From Hydrogenophaga sp. (GTDB taxonomy: Bacteria; Pseudomonadota; Gammaproteobacteria; Burkholderiales; Burkholderiaceae_C), in contig JBNKNN010000081.1 in the NCBI GenBank assembly GCA_050293865.1, forward strand, positions 1 to 59,054: a stretch of 59,054 bases of DNA. The letters run 5' to 3'. Numbering within the stretch: the first letter of the stretch is position 1; each line of letters starts with the position of its first letter. The translations under genes and the position numbers were made by a program. Under the pieces are notes generated by a model. The model did no database searches. It was not told where the DNA came from and saw only the letters and a list, made by a program, of their open reading frames with translations. This document shows, one piece after another, positions 48,422 to 58,066 of the stretch.

Positions 48422-49048
48422 TTACCTTAGCTCGCCCAGATTGAATGCTTCCAGGTAGGCCTTGAGGAAATGGTCGACATCGCTGCCGCTGCGAAGCTCC
48501 GGACCATAGACATCGATGACAAAACCATACCGGTTTCTGTAGATGCCCCGGTACTGCGCATAGTTCATCGTGTCGGAAAACTCAGGTGAGTCAACTTTGC
48601 CAAACGTGGCGAACGCATGGTCCAGCGTCTTCAGTTCACTGACGGCAAAGTGATCCGGCTTTCGTTTGCGATTGAAATCCTTGATGTGCTTCTGGTATTC
48701 CTGTTGTGCCGGCGTGCGGTCTTGCATGATGGTCAGCACCATCTTGCGCTCGCCGTTGCGGTACTCCACACCGATGCTCCCTGCGCTGAGGTCCTTGTCC
48801 TTGATTCGGGTCTTGAAGAAAATGCAGTCGGCCGAGTGGAGCGTGTACTCGCTGTAGGCGCTCAGCTTGGGCACTGCCTTCCACAGCCCCATGTCCTCAC
48901 TGCAAGTGGATGCGGCCTGGGTGAACACGGGGTGCGTAGCTGAAGCTGCCTGGGTTGCGAACGTCCACCCCCATATGGCCATTGCCAAACCGACTTTGCC
49001 CAATGAGTCGAAGCGAACGGAGGGAAGGTGCTTGTGCGACTTGGGCAT
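48422..49048 (-). CDS. hypothetical exported protein
   Basis: Signal-like N-terminus ending TQA; coherent composition. Confidence 0.65.
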   Translation of the reverse strand: MPKSHKHLPSVRFDSLGKVGLAMAIWGWTFATQAASATHPVFTQAASTCSEDMGLWKAVPKLSAYSEYTLHSADCIFFKTRIKDKDLSAGSIGVEYRNGERKMVLTIMQDRTPAQQEYQKHIKDFNRKRKPDHFAVSELKTLDHAFATFGKVDSPEFSDTMNYAQYRGIYRNRYGFVIDVYGPELRSGSDVDHFLKAYLEAFNLGELR

Positions 49049-49177
49049 GACGAATAGGAGGAAACGGATAGGGGAATGTCGACGGGACACCATTGGGGGA
49101 CGGCATGCCCACGATCACAGGCACGAAGACCGATCAATTTGATACTATTGTCCTAATTCTCGACTGACTTTCTCATC

Positions 49178-49729
49178 ATGACCGTCCGTACCCGCACCCT
49201 TCAATCATTGGCCGTCCTGGTGAGCCTGGCCGCCTTGGCGGCCTGCAGCGCACCTGACAAAGGGCTGCGCCATACCGAAGAAAAGGCAATCGATCTGCAG
49301 ACAGTGCAGCTGGCCTGCGGCGACGCATATTGGCGCATGTCGTGTACGGCCACGACCACGGGTGCGCAGGGCCGCCCCAGCTGTGATGCCTCCACCCTGA
49401 CTGTGCGCCGCCCTGCGTCACCCCCCGACGCCGCGGCAGTTGCGGTCTCAGTGCCTGCCGAAATGGGAACTGATCGCTCGGCTGCAGGAATGGCCTGTGT
49501 ACAAGGTGCGGACCAGCAGCACTATGTGGTGGTGCAGTACGCCAAACTGCCGTCCGACTGTGCATTCTGCGAGTTCTATTACCTCTACGACAGCCAAGGC
49601 AGGCAACTGACGCAAAGTGTGCCGCCCGTGCTGGAAACGAACGGCCGCCAAGTCCCCAACAACAAGGCGTTCGACGCCAAGAGCAAGGCCTTGGAATTGC
49701 CCAGGGCCAAGCTGACCTACCTGAAGTAA
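49178..49729 (+). CDS. Cys-rich lipoprotein, putative immunity protein
   Basis: LAAC lipobox, six further Cys including DCAFCE; directly upstream of a signal-less transglycosylase. Confidence 0.7.
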   Translation: MTVRTRTLQSLAVLVSLAALAACSAPDKGLRHTEEKAIDLQTVQLACGDAYWRMSCTATTTGAQGRPSCDASTLTVRRPASPPDAAAVAVSVPAEMGTDRSAAGMACVQGADQQHYVVVQYAKLPSDCAFCEFYYLYDSQGRQLTQSVPPVLETNGRQVPNNKAFDAKSKALELPRAKLTYLK

Positions 49730-49789
49730 GGGCTGCACGGCAGCAGGCACGCGCCCACCGCGACAACAAAGGCAAAGGGAGAAAACACC

Positions 49790-50800
49790 ATGGCAGAACC
49801 AGACTATTCGCAACTGTATGCAGAGCGAGGTGCAGCCTACCGGGCGGATCAAGTCGTCGGGTGGAGCTATTACAACGATCCCATCGATCCCTCTGTGGGC
49901 CCTGTAGGTCAGTCGCGCATCTGGGGCGATGCATCGCATGAGGTACAGCGTCAAAGCATCGATGCCCTGATTCGCGCCGGTATGGCCGCAGGTTTGTCAG
50001 ACCGCGACATTGGACATCTGCTGGCAATTGCGCGGCACGAGTCCGGATTCAATCCGAGTGCCGCTGCCGGGACCACCAGTGCACATGGTTTGGGGCAGTT
50101 CATCAACCGCACTGGCGCGCATTACGGGATCGACGACTCGAACCGCTGGGATGTCGACATCCAGGCCGAAGCCTTGGTCAGCCATTTCCGCGACAACCAG
50201 CGGATCGCCGGCAATCGCGGTCAAACCGACGAAGCCTACGTGTACAAATACCACCACGACGGCCCTTCCGATGATTACGGTGGCCTGGGACTGGCCCGTC
50301 GCCACATCGTGCCGCACATTGATGACAACGAGTCCTTTGTTCGCCAATGGCGGGAACACCAGCGCGAGCTGGGGCAAGAGGCTTTGTTGGACGAATCGGT
50401 TCGCCCCATCCAGCCTGCGCAACCGTTCATGACGGGTGCTCTCTCGCCCGGGGAACTGGCTCAGCTCCAGTCCATTCATGACACGCTCGCTCCTCAACTG
50501 GCGTCCGCGCAACTGAGCGATATGCAACTGCAGACGCTCAGTCTGGCCACCCTGGCCCACCTCCGGCAGCATGAGTCGATGGGAGATGCCACGGCATTGA
50601 TGATCAGCCCTGACATGCAGACCATAGGCGTCAAGCACGAACATTTTCAGCTGAGTGAGTTCTCGATTGGCGATGCGCTGGCCGTGCCGGATGCCATCCA
50701 TCTGGCATCGCTCCAGGCCAACGGCAAGGCCCAGTCGGCGGCCTCGGTGCAGACGGCTTACGCAGAACCGGTAGTCGAGGCGCCAGTTCACGCATTGTGA
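49790..50800 (+). CDS. lytic transglycosylase (SLT/lysozyme-like) protein with XVIPCD-like C-terminus; putative secreted antibacterial effector
   Basis: IARHESGFNPSA and SAHGLGQF SLT motifs; no signal peptide; GGGAG RBS. Confidence 0.75.
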   Translation: MAEPDYSQLYAERGAAYRADQVVGWSYYNDPIDPSVGPVGQSRIWGDASHEVQRQSIDALIRAGMAAGLSDRDIGHLLAIARHESGFNPSAAAGTTSAHGLGQFINRTGAHYGIDDSNRWDVDIQAEALVSHFRDNQRIAGNRGQTDEAYVYKYHHDGPSDDYGGLGLARRHIVPHIDDNESFVRQWREHQRELGQEALLDESVRPIQPAQPFMTGALSPGELAQLQSIHDTLAPQLASAQLSDMQLQTLSLATLAHLRQHESMGDATALMISPDMQTIGVKHEHFQLSEFSIGDALAVPDAIHLASLQANGKAQSAASVQTAYAEPVVEAPVHAL

Positions 50801-50945
50801 TTTGTCGCGCTCAATGGCAGTGCCTGTTCGGTGGCCAGAAACGACGTAGGGCGTTGAACGCTTTTGCCCAGGCCAGGCAAGGGCTGGATTCCCCAGCGCG
50901 CCGCCATCAGCTGCATCGCCTGTATCGTCTGTATCGTTCGATGCC

Positions 50946-51218
50946 ATGATCGATCTTGCCGACTGGTTCGAACTTCCGCGCAACCTGTTGGTCGGCGCGC
51001 TGCGCCTGATGTGGTGGCTGGCGTGGGACTTGCTGGTGGAGACGATCGGCTGGACCATCGGCTGGTTCTTCTGGCGAATGGTGAGCGTAGGGCGTTTTCC
51101 TTGCGAAGGCCTTGGCCAACAGGAGGAGGCCCCCTGGACCACGCATTGGTTGCTGCAGGCGACGGGGTTGGGCTTGCTGGCATTGGCCATCTGGGCCTTG
51201 ACCGGCGCGTGGCCTTGA
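50946..51218 (+). CDS. small hypothetical membrane protein
   Basis: Trp-rich hydrophobic segments, GW.......GRFP motif. Confidence 0.6.
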   Translation: MIDLADWFELPRNLLVGALRLMWWLAWDLLVETIGWTIGWFFWRMVSVGRFPCEGLGQQEEAPWTTHWLLQATGLGLLALAIWALTGAWP

Positions 51219-51412
51219 TCAGCCTCCCTTCGTTGTCTGGGTTCCAATCTCTGGCCGGGACACGTTTTGGCCCGAATCCGAAGCGGGCCCTGGCATTCGC
51301 GCCTCACGCCTCATCGGTGCAAAGCCCACGGCGCGTACGCCGCAGGTCATGCAGAGAGTCCCTGGCTCACGAGCAGATGTAGCGAATCATTTCTCCTGTT
51401 CGGGCGTTGGGC

Positions 51413-54016
51413 TCAGTACCGTGGTGGCAAGGCCGGTACGTCGATGACTTGTCGCTGTGTAGACAAGCCCAGTTCTCCACGAAACTCGAAGCCGCCAGGC
51501 TGCACTAGCAGGTTGCTGCGTGAAGGGTCGATCACGAAGCGCTCGGGTTGACCGCCCAGGCAGGCGTCGGAGTTGAAGCACCAGCTCGCGGGGCCCAACA
51601 GGCGAGCAATGTCCCCGGCCTTGCTGCCGCACGCACATCCACCACCCACTGCGGCAGACGATCCACCGGCCGGGCAGAGCATGGCGCCACAGCCAGTGGC
51701 GCTGGCGGGGTTGTCCAACCCTACGCTGAGGTAGCCATTGCCATCGAGGCCAGGTGTGCCCACGCCATAGGCTGCCAGGCACTGAGAGAACACGTTCTTC
51801 TGCGCGTTGTTCCATTGATCCACTGAAGGAAGCACCAGGCCAGGCGCGACCGATGCGCCGCCGCCAGTGCCTGATCCGCCCGCACTGTCGCGGCCCAGTG
51901 GGTCTGCAGCTGCTGAAGGGTTGGCACAGGAGAGCATGTCCATCATGGCCGCTTGCAGTGGGCTGCAGTTCTGCGGACCCTCAGGCATTTGGGTGTTCCC
52001 GGTGCCTGCCGCTTCGAGCTCTCGCCGCTTTGCGCACTCGGCGTCGGCTGAGCAGGCTCTTTTGTTGTACTTGGCCTGGGTTGCCCGGTCGGCGCTGTTT
52101 CTGATCCAGAACCAGTCGCCAATTTCGCCACCAGACTTCTCCCAAGCTTGAATCACGGTGTGCTCGTCCTTCTCCGAGTACTCATCTTCATAGACTTTGT
52201 TGGTCATCGTGCTGCCGGCCAGCATCTTGGCCACATGGCCGCCCTCATGTGCCAGCGTGGCTTCCAATTGAGATCGGTTCACATGGGCAGACGTGTCGAT
52301 GGTCACCTTGGGCGTGTTCCCCGCTGTCTGCTCGGTTTGGGCCAACGCATCTTCTTTCTCCACCAACGTGTCGTCGATACCTGCCGATTCGATGGCCTTG
52401 GCGGCATGGTCTGCATATTTGCCGGGGTTGCGCCGAACGTCCAGCGCGACGCGATTGATATCGTTCAAACGGGCGGTGCGCTGCGCGTCAGTGAGGTTGG
52501 CATTGGAATTGACGTCGGCCCGGTACTCCTGCAGTGTTATCTCCACCACAGACTGGACATAGCGCTGGCCTGCAGCACTGCGCAACCAGGCGGCCGCGTT
52601 CTTCTTGGCTTGCGCGAGAGCTTCTTTGTTGTCGGTGTTGTCGCTGTCCTGGGAGTCGTAGCTGCCATGTCCATCTTCTCCGACGGTGCCGGAGCCACGC
52701 TGAGCCAGAGGGTCGGTACAGCCGTTGCCACCTCCAACGCCTGAGACTTTGCCTGGTCCATAGCTGCCGCCGCTCTGTGCGGCGCGTTGCGCCCGCTTGC
52801 CAGTGCCCACCACGCACTGTCCATAGCTGGATCCCACAGCGGTTGCAATGGTCGTCGCTGTCACGCAGCCTTGCCAGTTGCCGTTGGCCAGGCGTCCGAG
52901 GCCAATGCCACCAGCGCCTGATCCACTGCCATCAGAGAGTCCGCCGGCGCCCATGGCGCTGCCGGCGGATCCGGCACCACCGCAAGATGCCGATTGAGCC
53001 TTGCTTACCGAAACCCCCATGGGGGTCTTGCCTCGCTTGGCGGCTTCGATGTCCCGCAGCATTCGGTCGCGCATCTCCGAACCGTTGAACAAACTACTGC
53101 TCCAGCTTTCCCGGGTTTTGCCCTCACCGTTGCTGTCGCCGCAGCCCAGGCTTCGACTGCAACCATAGTTGCCAGTCTTCAGGCCGGAAGCTTCCATCTC
53201 CAGGAAGGAGCACGCTCCCATCCCGATGGCCTCAGGTTTGAGGATCCGCTCAATGCCCAGTGCTTGCAGTGGTGCTCCCGAGATCCCAACCAACTGGCCT
53301 GTGACGTAGTCGTACAAGTACAAGGGGCGGCCCGTGAGGCGCTGGGCGTCCTTGAGTTCGGCGGCATGCCGCTTCAGCCACTCATACAAGGGGGTGCGTC
53401 CGGCAAACTTGGTTTGGTCGACCGTGAGCAATGCAAGGTTGAACAAGGACAACCGGTCCTGCGTGGAGAGTTTGAAGCTGTGCTCGGCGCGGACGATGGA
53501 GCGGCCGAAGGCGTGGGCAAACTGAACCGCTTGCCGTGCAGAAAGGCAGTTCAATCCGTTCTGGAATTCCACCAGGGTCAGAAGAACTTCGTGGTCCAGT
53601 TTCTTCGATGCTGCGAGAGCAATCCGTGAAGGGAAACGACTTGCACTCAGATCCTGCTTGCACGCAGAGGTGTTCCACAGCTCTGATCGCTCGGTCACCA
53701 GCAAACCCTGGCCATAGGCATCGCGCAGTGCCCGGCTGATCCAGAGCGCCGTCAGGCGTGGCCGGTCTGCGGCGGACAGGCTTGATTGCGCCAGTGCGCC
53801 AACCAACTCCAGCGACACATGTCGATCCAGGGCCTTGATGGCTTCGTCTGGCGTGCTGGGGTCGGGCCAGTTTTTTATCAGCGCAACTGACACGCTGGCG
53901 TCCATGCGCTCGTAGTCGTCGATGGTGTCGGTGGAGGCGTAGGCTGAGCCCAGGGTCGTCAACGCGGCAACTCCACCAGCGAGCCAGATGCGACAAGCTT
54001 GTCCGATAGCGGTCAT
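51413..54016 (-). CDS. large exported Cys/Gly-rich protein with HExxH motif
   Basis: 867-aa ORF, signal peptide ending AYA, TLAHEGGH at 52235-52249, about 20 Cys. Confidence 0.75.
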   Translation of the reverse strand: MTAIGQACRIWLAGGVAALTTLGSAYASTDTIDDYERMDASVSVALIKNWPDPSTPDEAIKALDRHVSLELVGALAQSSLSAADRPRLTALWISRALRDAYGQGLLVTERSELWNTSACKQDLSASRFPSRIALAASKKLDHEVLLTLVEFQNGLNCLSARQAVQFAHAFGRSIVRAEHSFKLSTQDRLSLFNLALLTVDQTKFAGRTPLYEWLKRHAAELKDAQRLTGRPLYLYDYVTGQLVGISGAPLQALGIERILKPEAIGMGACSFLEMEASGLKTGNYGCSRSLGCGDSNGEGKTRESWSSSLFNGSEMRDRMLRDIEAAKRGKTPMGVSVSKAQSASCGGAGSAGSAMGAGGLSDGSGSGAGGIGLGRLANGNWQGCVTATTIATAVGSSYGQCVVGTGKRAQRAAQSGGSYGPGKVSGVGGGNGCTDPLAQRGSGTVGEDGHGSYDSQDSDNTDNKEALAQAKKNAAAWLRSAAGQRYVQSVVEITLQEYRADVNSNANLTDAQRTARLNDINRVALDVRRNPGKYADHAAKAIESAGIDDTLVEKEDALAQTEQTAGNTPKVTIDTSAHVNRSQLEATLAHEGGHVAKMLAGSTMTNKVYEDEYSEKDEHTVIQAWEKSGGEIGDWFWIRNSADRATQAKYNKRACSADAECAKRRELEAAGTGNTQMPEGPQNCSPLQAAMMDMLSCANPSAAADPLGRDSAGGSGTGGGASVAPGLVLPSVDQWNNAQKNVFSQCLAAYGVGTPGLDGNGYLSVGLDNPASATGCGAMLCPAGGSSAAVGGGCACGSKAGDIARLLGPASWCFNSDACLGGQPERFVIDPSRSNLLVQPGGFEFRGELGLSTQRQVIDVPALPPRY

Positions 54017-54192
54017 GTGATTCAACTCCGTCGTGGGGATGCTGTAAGGCATTGCAGATGGCAGCGACACGCTGCACTGCCCATGCGTGGAGACGCCATT
54101 GTGCTGGCGCAGGACGCTGCCTCACTCCCCCATTACAGGGGGTGTCCCAAGACGAATCTTTGTGCTACTGACCCATCGGAGCCAGCGGACGC

Positions 54193-54432
54193 TCAGGTGG
54201 CTTGCCAGGCGTCCCCTGCCTTGCTGAAGCTCAGGCTTGGAGGCAAATCGGTCAGTGAGCTGGCAAACACCTCTTTGCCGGATACCGTCACACTGACCTG
54301 CTCTTCGTCAATCAGGAAGAAGGCACGGCCGGCTGGACTGGTTTCCAGCTCGGTGCATCCCGAGGCTTTGACGGCAACGCCTTCAACAGGGGCGCCGTTG
54401 TCCAGCAACTCGACAGTCAGTTTCTTAGCCAT
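54193..54432 (-). CDS. small hypothetical protein (beta-rich)
   Basis: AAAGGT RBS; LTV.L.DNG.PV.G..V......T...G.A.F pattern resembles prealbumin-like folds. Confidence 0.6.
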   Translation of the reverse strand: MAKKLTVELLDNGAPVEGVAVKASGCTELETSPAGRAFFLIDEEQVSVTVSGKEVFASSLTDLPPSLSFSKAGDAWQAT

Positions 54433-54861
54433 GTTCGGTGACCTTTCGGGACTCTAAAGCGATTGGCAGAGGCCCCGGGCGTTTCCACGATTGAACCCGC
54501 CCATCGCTCTTCTGATTGATGTACTTGATCCGTCAAGTGTAGAGACAGCAAGAGCACCGGGCAACGCGCGATCAGGGCGCGCTCGAAGCCAATGCGGGAG
54601 TCGGCGATTTTTGTCACAAAGATGCCCAAAAGCTGAGGCTTTTTCGGGCCGGAATCGGTCTTGTGGAGACGCTTTTCGGCCAAGTCCCTATTGGCGTCGT
54701 GGTGAAGTGGAATGTGCCTCTTTGGGTTGGGGAGGGCGCGGACGAGCGGGCCTGAACATGGACGCATTGGCCTGGCGCGCTTCACCCGTCCCGATGGTTT
54801 TGTCCGCAATGGGTCAAAGTCAGAGGTGATTCCCCTGACTTTCCCGCCACACTGGCAAGCC

Positions 54862-54894
54862 AAAAAAAGCGGGGACCATGCATGGTCCCCGCTT
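54862..54894 (-). terminator. Rho-independent terminator
   Basis: Perfect palindrome AAGCGGGGACCATGCATGGTCCCCGCTT preceded by an A-run. Confidence 0.85.
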
Positions 54895-54935
54895 ATGAGT
54901 GGTTTGACGCCTTATGCACTCGGCAAAGCGGCAAT

Positions 54936-55739
54936 TCAATCGCCTGAGTAGGGTCGGTACTTGTACCATTTGCCCGTCATCTCAGCAGGCAGATTCGGAC
55001 TGCTCAAGAGAACGTTTTTGTCAAAGGCCCAGAAAGCGATGCCTTCGAAACGGTAGTTCCCTTCCATCTGAGGTACTGCGTACGCTTCTTCTTGCGATGC
55101 GACATAGTAGTGGCCCCGCTGTGCGCTGAAGAATCGGTACACAGGGACAAGACCCGTGGACTTTTCCGGCCCTGCCATACAAGACTTTCTTGGATCAAGT
55201 GGGTTCGGATCGAGACACGCCAATGGGTAGTTGGACATCCTCCATTGGATACCGGTTTCTGGATCGTTTTCAACCTTGAATCTGACCTGCACGTCAGGGA
55301 CGAAGAACGCGACGCCTTCGTAAGTCCATTCCGCAGGTCGTTGGGACACGCTATCGATCTCTGCCTGGTTCTTTGTGTAGAGATAGCTGCCAATCACGTT
55401 GTGACGGAAGCGGTGAACGGCCAAGCCTCCTTTGAACGCAGACTCGCCGACGCGGAATACATGTGCATAGCCGTCTGAAGGCGGCGAGAGTGTCCAGCCT
55501 GGCGACTGGCAAAGGCTGCCGATCTCGTTGATGTTGCTTGAGTACAGGAACGTGTGTTGCTGATCATTCTCGAAACGACCGGCCTTGATCGCGCGGGTAC
55601 CCGGCCACACTTCATAGAGTGTGTTGGTCATCGAAACAAAGCATGCGGAAGGGTCTGGCGTTGCTGCATTGGCCAAGTTGTGGCCGCTCAAACCAAGGAG
55701 TGCAAGGCTCGCAATGGCGGCTGCTTTCTTGAAGTTCAT
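54936..55739 (-). CDS. exported DUF5648-like repeat protein
   Basis: Signal peptide; repeated V.RF....G..Y.....E......W/Y..EG.AF motifs. Confidence 0.75.
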   Translation of the reverse strand: MNFKKAAAIASLALLGLSGHNLANAATPDPSACFVSMTNTLYEVWPGTRAIKAGRFENDQQHTFLYSSNINEIGSLCQSPGWTLSPPSDGYAHVFRVGESAFKGGLAVHRFRHNVIGSYLYTKNQAEIDSVSQRPAEWTYEGVAFFVPDVQVRFKVENDPETGIQWRMSNYPLACLDPNPLDPRKSCMAGPEKSTGLVPVYRFFSAQRGHYYVASQEEAYAVPQMEGNYRFEGIAFWAFDKNVLLSSPNLPAEMTGKWYKYRPYSGD

Positions 55740-56355
55740 CTTTCCCTCTTTTCGGATTTGAAGTTGTGAGACAGGCGTGATTCATCGCATGGCGTTGGCC
55801 GCCATAGAAGCCCTTTGTCCCGGGGTGCTATGAGATTCATGAAAGATGGCTTCTGCCCATGCTGGCTCGCCTCTGTGCACCACGGATCCGGCGCCATTTC
55901 TGTCGCAAGGGGCCAAGATGATCAGCTGTCCGGTCGTTCATTGACCGGGCAAGAGTGCACGCGCAGAATCCCCCTCCCCGGAACCCCGCCTGACGTCCGC
56001 CACACACCTTTTGGTGAATTTCCGTGTAACAGCAGGCGTCACGAGAATATTAAATCATAAGAACTTTTAATCTATTGATTGGCTTGAAAAAATAGTATGT
56101 AAGTATTCGTACAATCTTCCTCGCGCTCCGTGAGCATCGGTTTGCCTGCACGTGAGCCAGGCTCGCTGAGCCAACGAAGAAAGACCCCATGGCGAGGGCT
56201 GAGCAGAGAGCGTTGCTCCGGGGCGTAGCGGTGCCTCGACCCGGTCAACTTTGATATGGCTCAAACGGGTCGTCGTTCGAGCAATTCCCCTGTGCCGTCG
56301 CAGCGTACCAGTGATAGGCTGGGCTCAAACCAACCATCTGTTGAGCAGCCACACC

Positions 56356-56661
56356 ATGAACGAAAGCCACGTCTACACCTTCGTCATCGACTACCACGGC
56401 GGCACCTACCTGCGCCAGAACCGAGGCCACAATCTCAAGCGCGCGCTGCACGCCTTCATGAACGCCTGCACCAAGGAAAAAGACTACGACTTCTTTCACG
56501 TTCTTGCCGTCGCTTTGCAAGAGCACATCGACGGTGGCCAGTGGCCGGTGTCAGTGGACGGGCTCGATGGCGTGTGGTGCGTGAGCTGCCCGGTAAACGA
56601 CCATCTGGCGCTGATCCATATTGTGGAGACGACGATTCATCCCGGCTCGGCAGGTGAATGA
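56356..56661 (+). CDS. conserved hypothetical protein
   Basis: YTF..DY.GGTY..Q and P....GL..VWC.....LIHIV.T pattern; typical codon usage. Confidence 0.65.
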   Translation: MNESHVYTFVIDYHGGTYLRQNRGHNLKRALHAFMNACTKEKDYDFFHVLAVALQEHIDGGQWPVSVDGLDGVWCVSCPVNDHLALIHIVETTIHPGSAGE

Positions 56662-56688
56662 ACCGCAGGCAGAGGGGCTCTGCCTTGG

Positions 56689-57207
56689 CTATTCGCAATC
56701 GCCGACTCGCAGGAATGTGGAGCCCGCGCCGAAAAGCAAGGTCTGTTCGCCCGTTTGAGGGTTGACCGAGGATTTGATGGCTCTGCTGTCGAACGTTGTG
56801 GCGTTTGACTTCCCGATGGCGGCCATGGCGTTGATGGGGTGGCCCGAGGCGTCGTCGTCAGGGCACGCCATGGAAATCACAAAACGGTCTGCTTGCAGGT
56901 GAACCTTCGACGGCTTGCAACCCCAAACGAAGGTCGTGGTCAACGGCATCTTGGCGATCTGCTCCGTTTCTTTGGCGTTGACGCATTGGCGTTTGGTTTT
57001 GACGGAGCCCTCAACAGGCGTCATCTCAGCGTCAATGGAAAACTCTTTGAATTCGTACATGCCAGGAACAAGCTGTCGCTGCCATTCGGCAAACGCTTCC
57101 TGTTCTGATGGCGGCACCGCAAAGCCCGGCGCCAGTTGTGCCATCGCGCACGGAGCGGCCAGTGCAATAAACAGGGTGAGTGGGAGTGCTTTCGAGGAGA
57201 CAAACAT
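56689..57207 (-). CDS. DUF3617-like exported protein
   Basis: Signal peptide, PG.YE, QCV, C......C, terminal RVGDC. Confidence 0.7.
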   Translation of the reverse strand: MFVSSKALPLTLFIALAAPCAMAQLAPGFAVPPSEQEAFAEWQRQLVPGMYEFKEFSIDAEMTPVEGSVKTKRQCVNAKETEQIAKMPLTTTFVWGCKPSKVHLQADRFVISMACPDDDASGHPINAMAAIGKSNATTFDSRAIKSSVNPQTGEQTLLFGAGSTFLRVGDCE

Positions 57208-57549
57208 GGGTGTTGTGGGTGGGTTTGAAAAGTGTCTTGGGGGTTCGGCCGCTATCGGGAGGAACAGGTGAAAGGGTCGCGGGAACCTGGGGCCCTTCGA
57301 GCGCCAAAAACGCCTCGTCGAAGGATTCAGCATGATGGCGATACTAATTTATTAATTTTACTCACCGCCGGCATCTGAACCTCTCGGGTATGGGGGCTGC
57401 ATACAACGCAACAGAAACGTTGTCCGTTTATTGTTGAAGCCTGCCAGGCGGCTTCTATCGGGGGTGGCGACGGTCCACACCACACTCCCGTACTCTTTCT
57501 TCTTGAACGCGTCAGGGCGAAGCAGTCATCAAGCTGGCGAACCAAAGCT

Positions 57550-57951
57550 TCAGCGAATCGCCAAGTCCTTGAGGTGGTACTTGCCTGATCGATCCACCCG
57601 GCAAAACGGCGTTGCGCGCAGCACGACCGACTGGCCTACCATGCCGGCCACTGCATCGCCTTCAACGGCCATCACCTCGGTGGTCTGCGGTCCGCAATCT
57701 GCTTTGTCGTCCAGCTTCAGCGGCTTGTCCAGAGCCAGGCCGTAGGCTCTAAGACCCGCACCTTCGGTGGGCTGTCCAAACTCAATCGGCCCAACAATCT
57801 TGCCGCTGAACTCTGTGGGCTGACCAATGGGGTGCGACGATGCCTTGCCCTCCCTGTGGTTGGCGCAGCCGGACACCACAGTGACCGCTATGGTTGCAGC
57901 AGATACGATGAGAGCAAGAGCAAGAGACTGGATTCGAGGTGTGTAGCGCAT
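57550..57951 (-). CDS. hypothetical lipoprotein
   Basis: VSGC lipobox; small beta-rich domain with Y.L.LD.P. Confidence 0.65.
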   Translation of the reverse strand: MRYTPRIQSLALALIVSAATIAVTVVSGCANHREGKASSHPIGQPTEFSGKIVGPIEFGQPTEGAGLRAYGLALDKPLKLDDKADCGPQTTEVMAVEGDAVAGMVGQSVVLRATPFCRVDRSGKYHLKDLAIR

Positions 57952-58066
57952 GGTTGAGCCGGAGCGCAAGTCAATGGGATGAAGTCAGGTCGATGCCGGT
58001 TGTTTGTAGGTCAGCAAATTACGATGGACGTGACAGGCTGTGGCGAACTGGCATCGGTTTGCCGAT

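Noticed and set aside
54433-54860. c-di-GMP-I or other riboswitch in the long spacer
   Set aside because: No complete GGCAAAC..GAAA..GACGCAAA core or other recognisable motif on either strand
56045-56115. AT-rich patch as oriC unwinding element (window is near parS/gidA)
   Set aside because: No cluster of DnaA boxes (TTATCCACA) seen here or elsewhere in the window; more likely a promoter region
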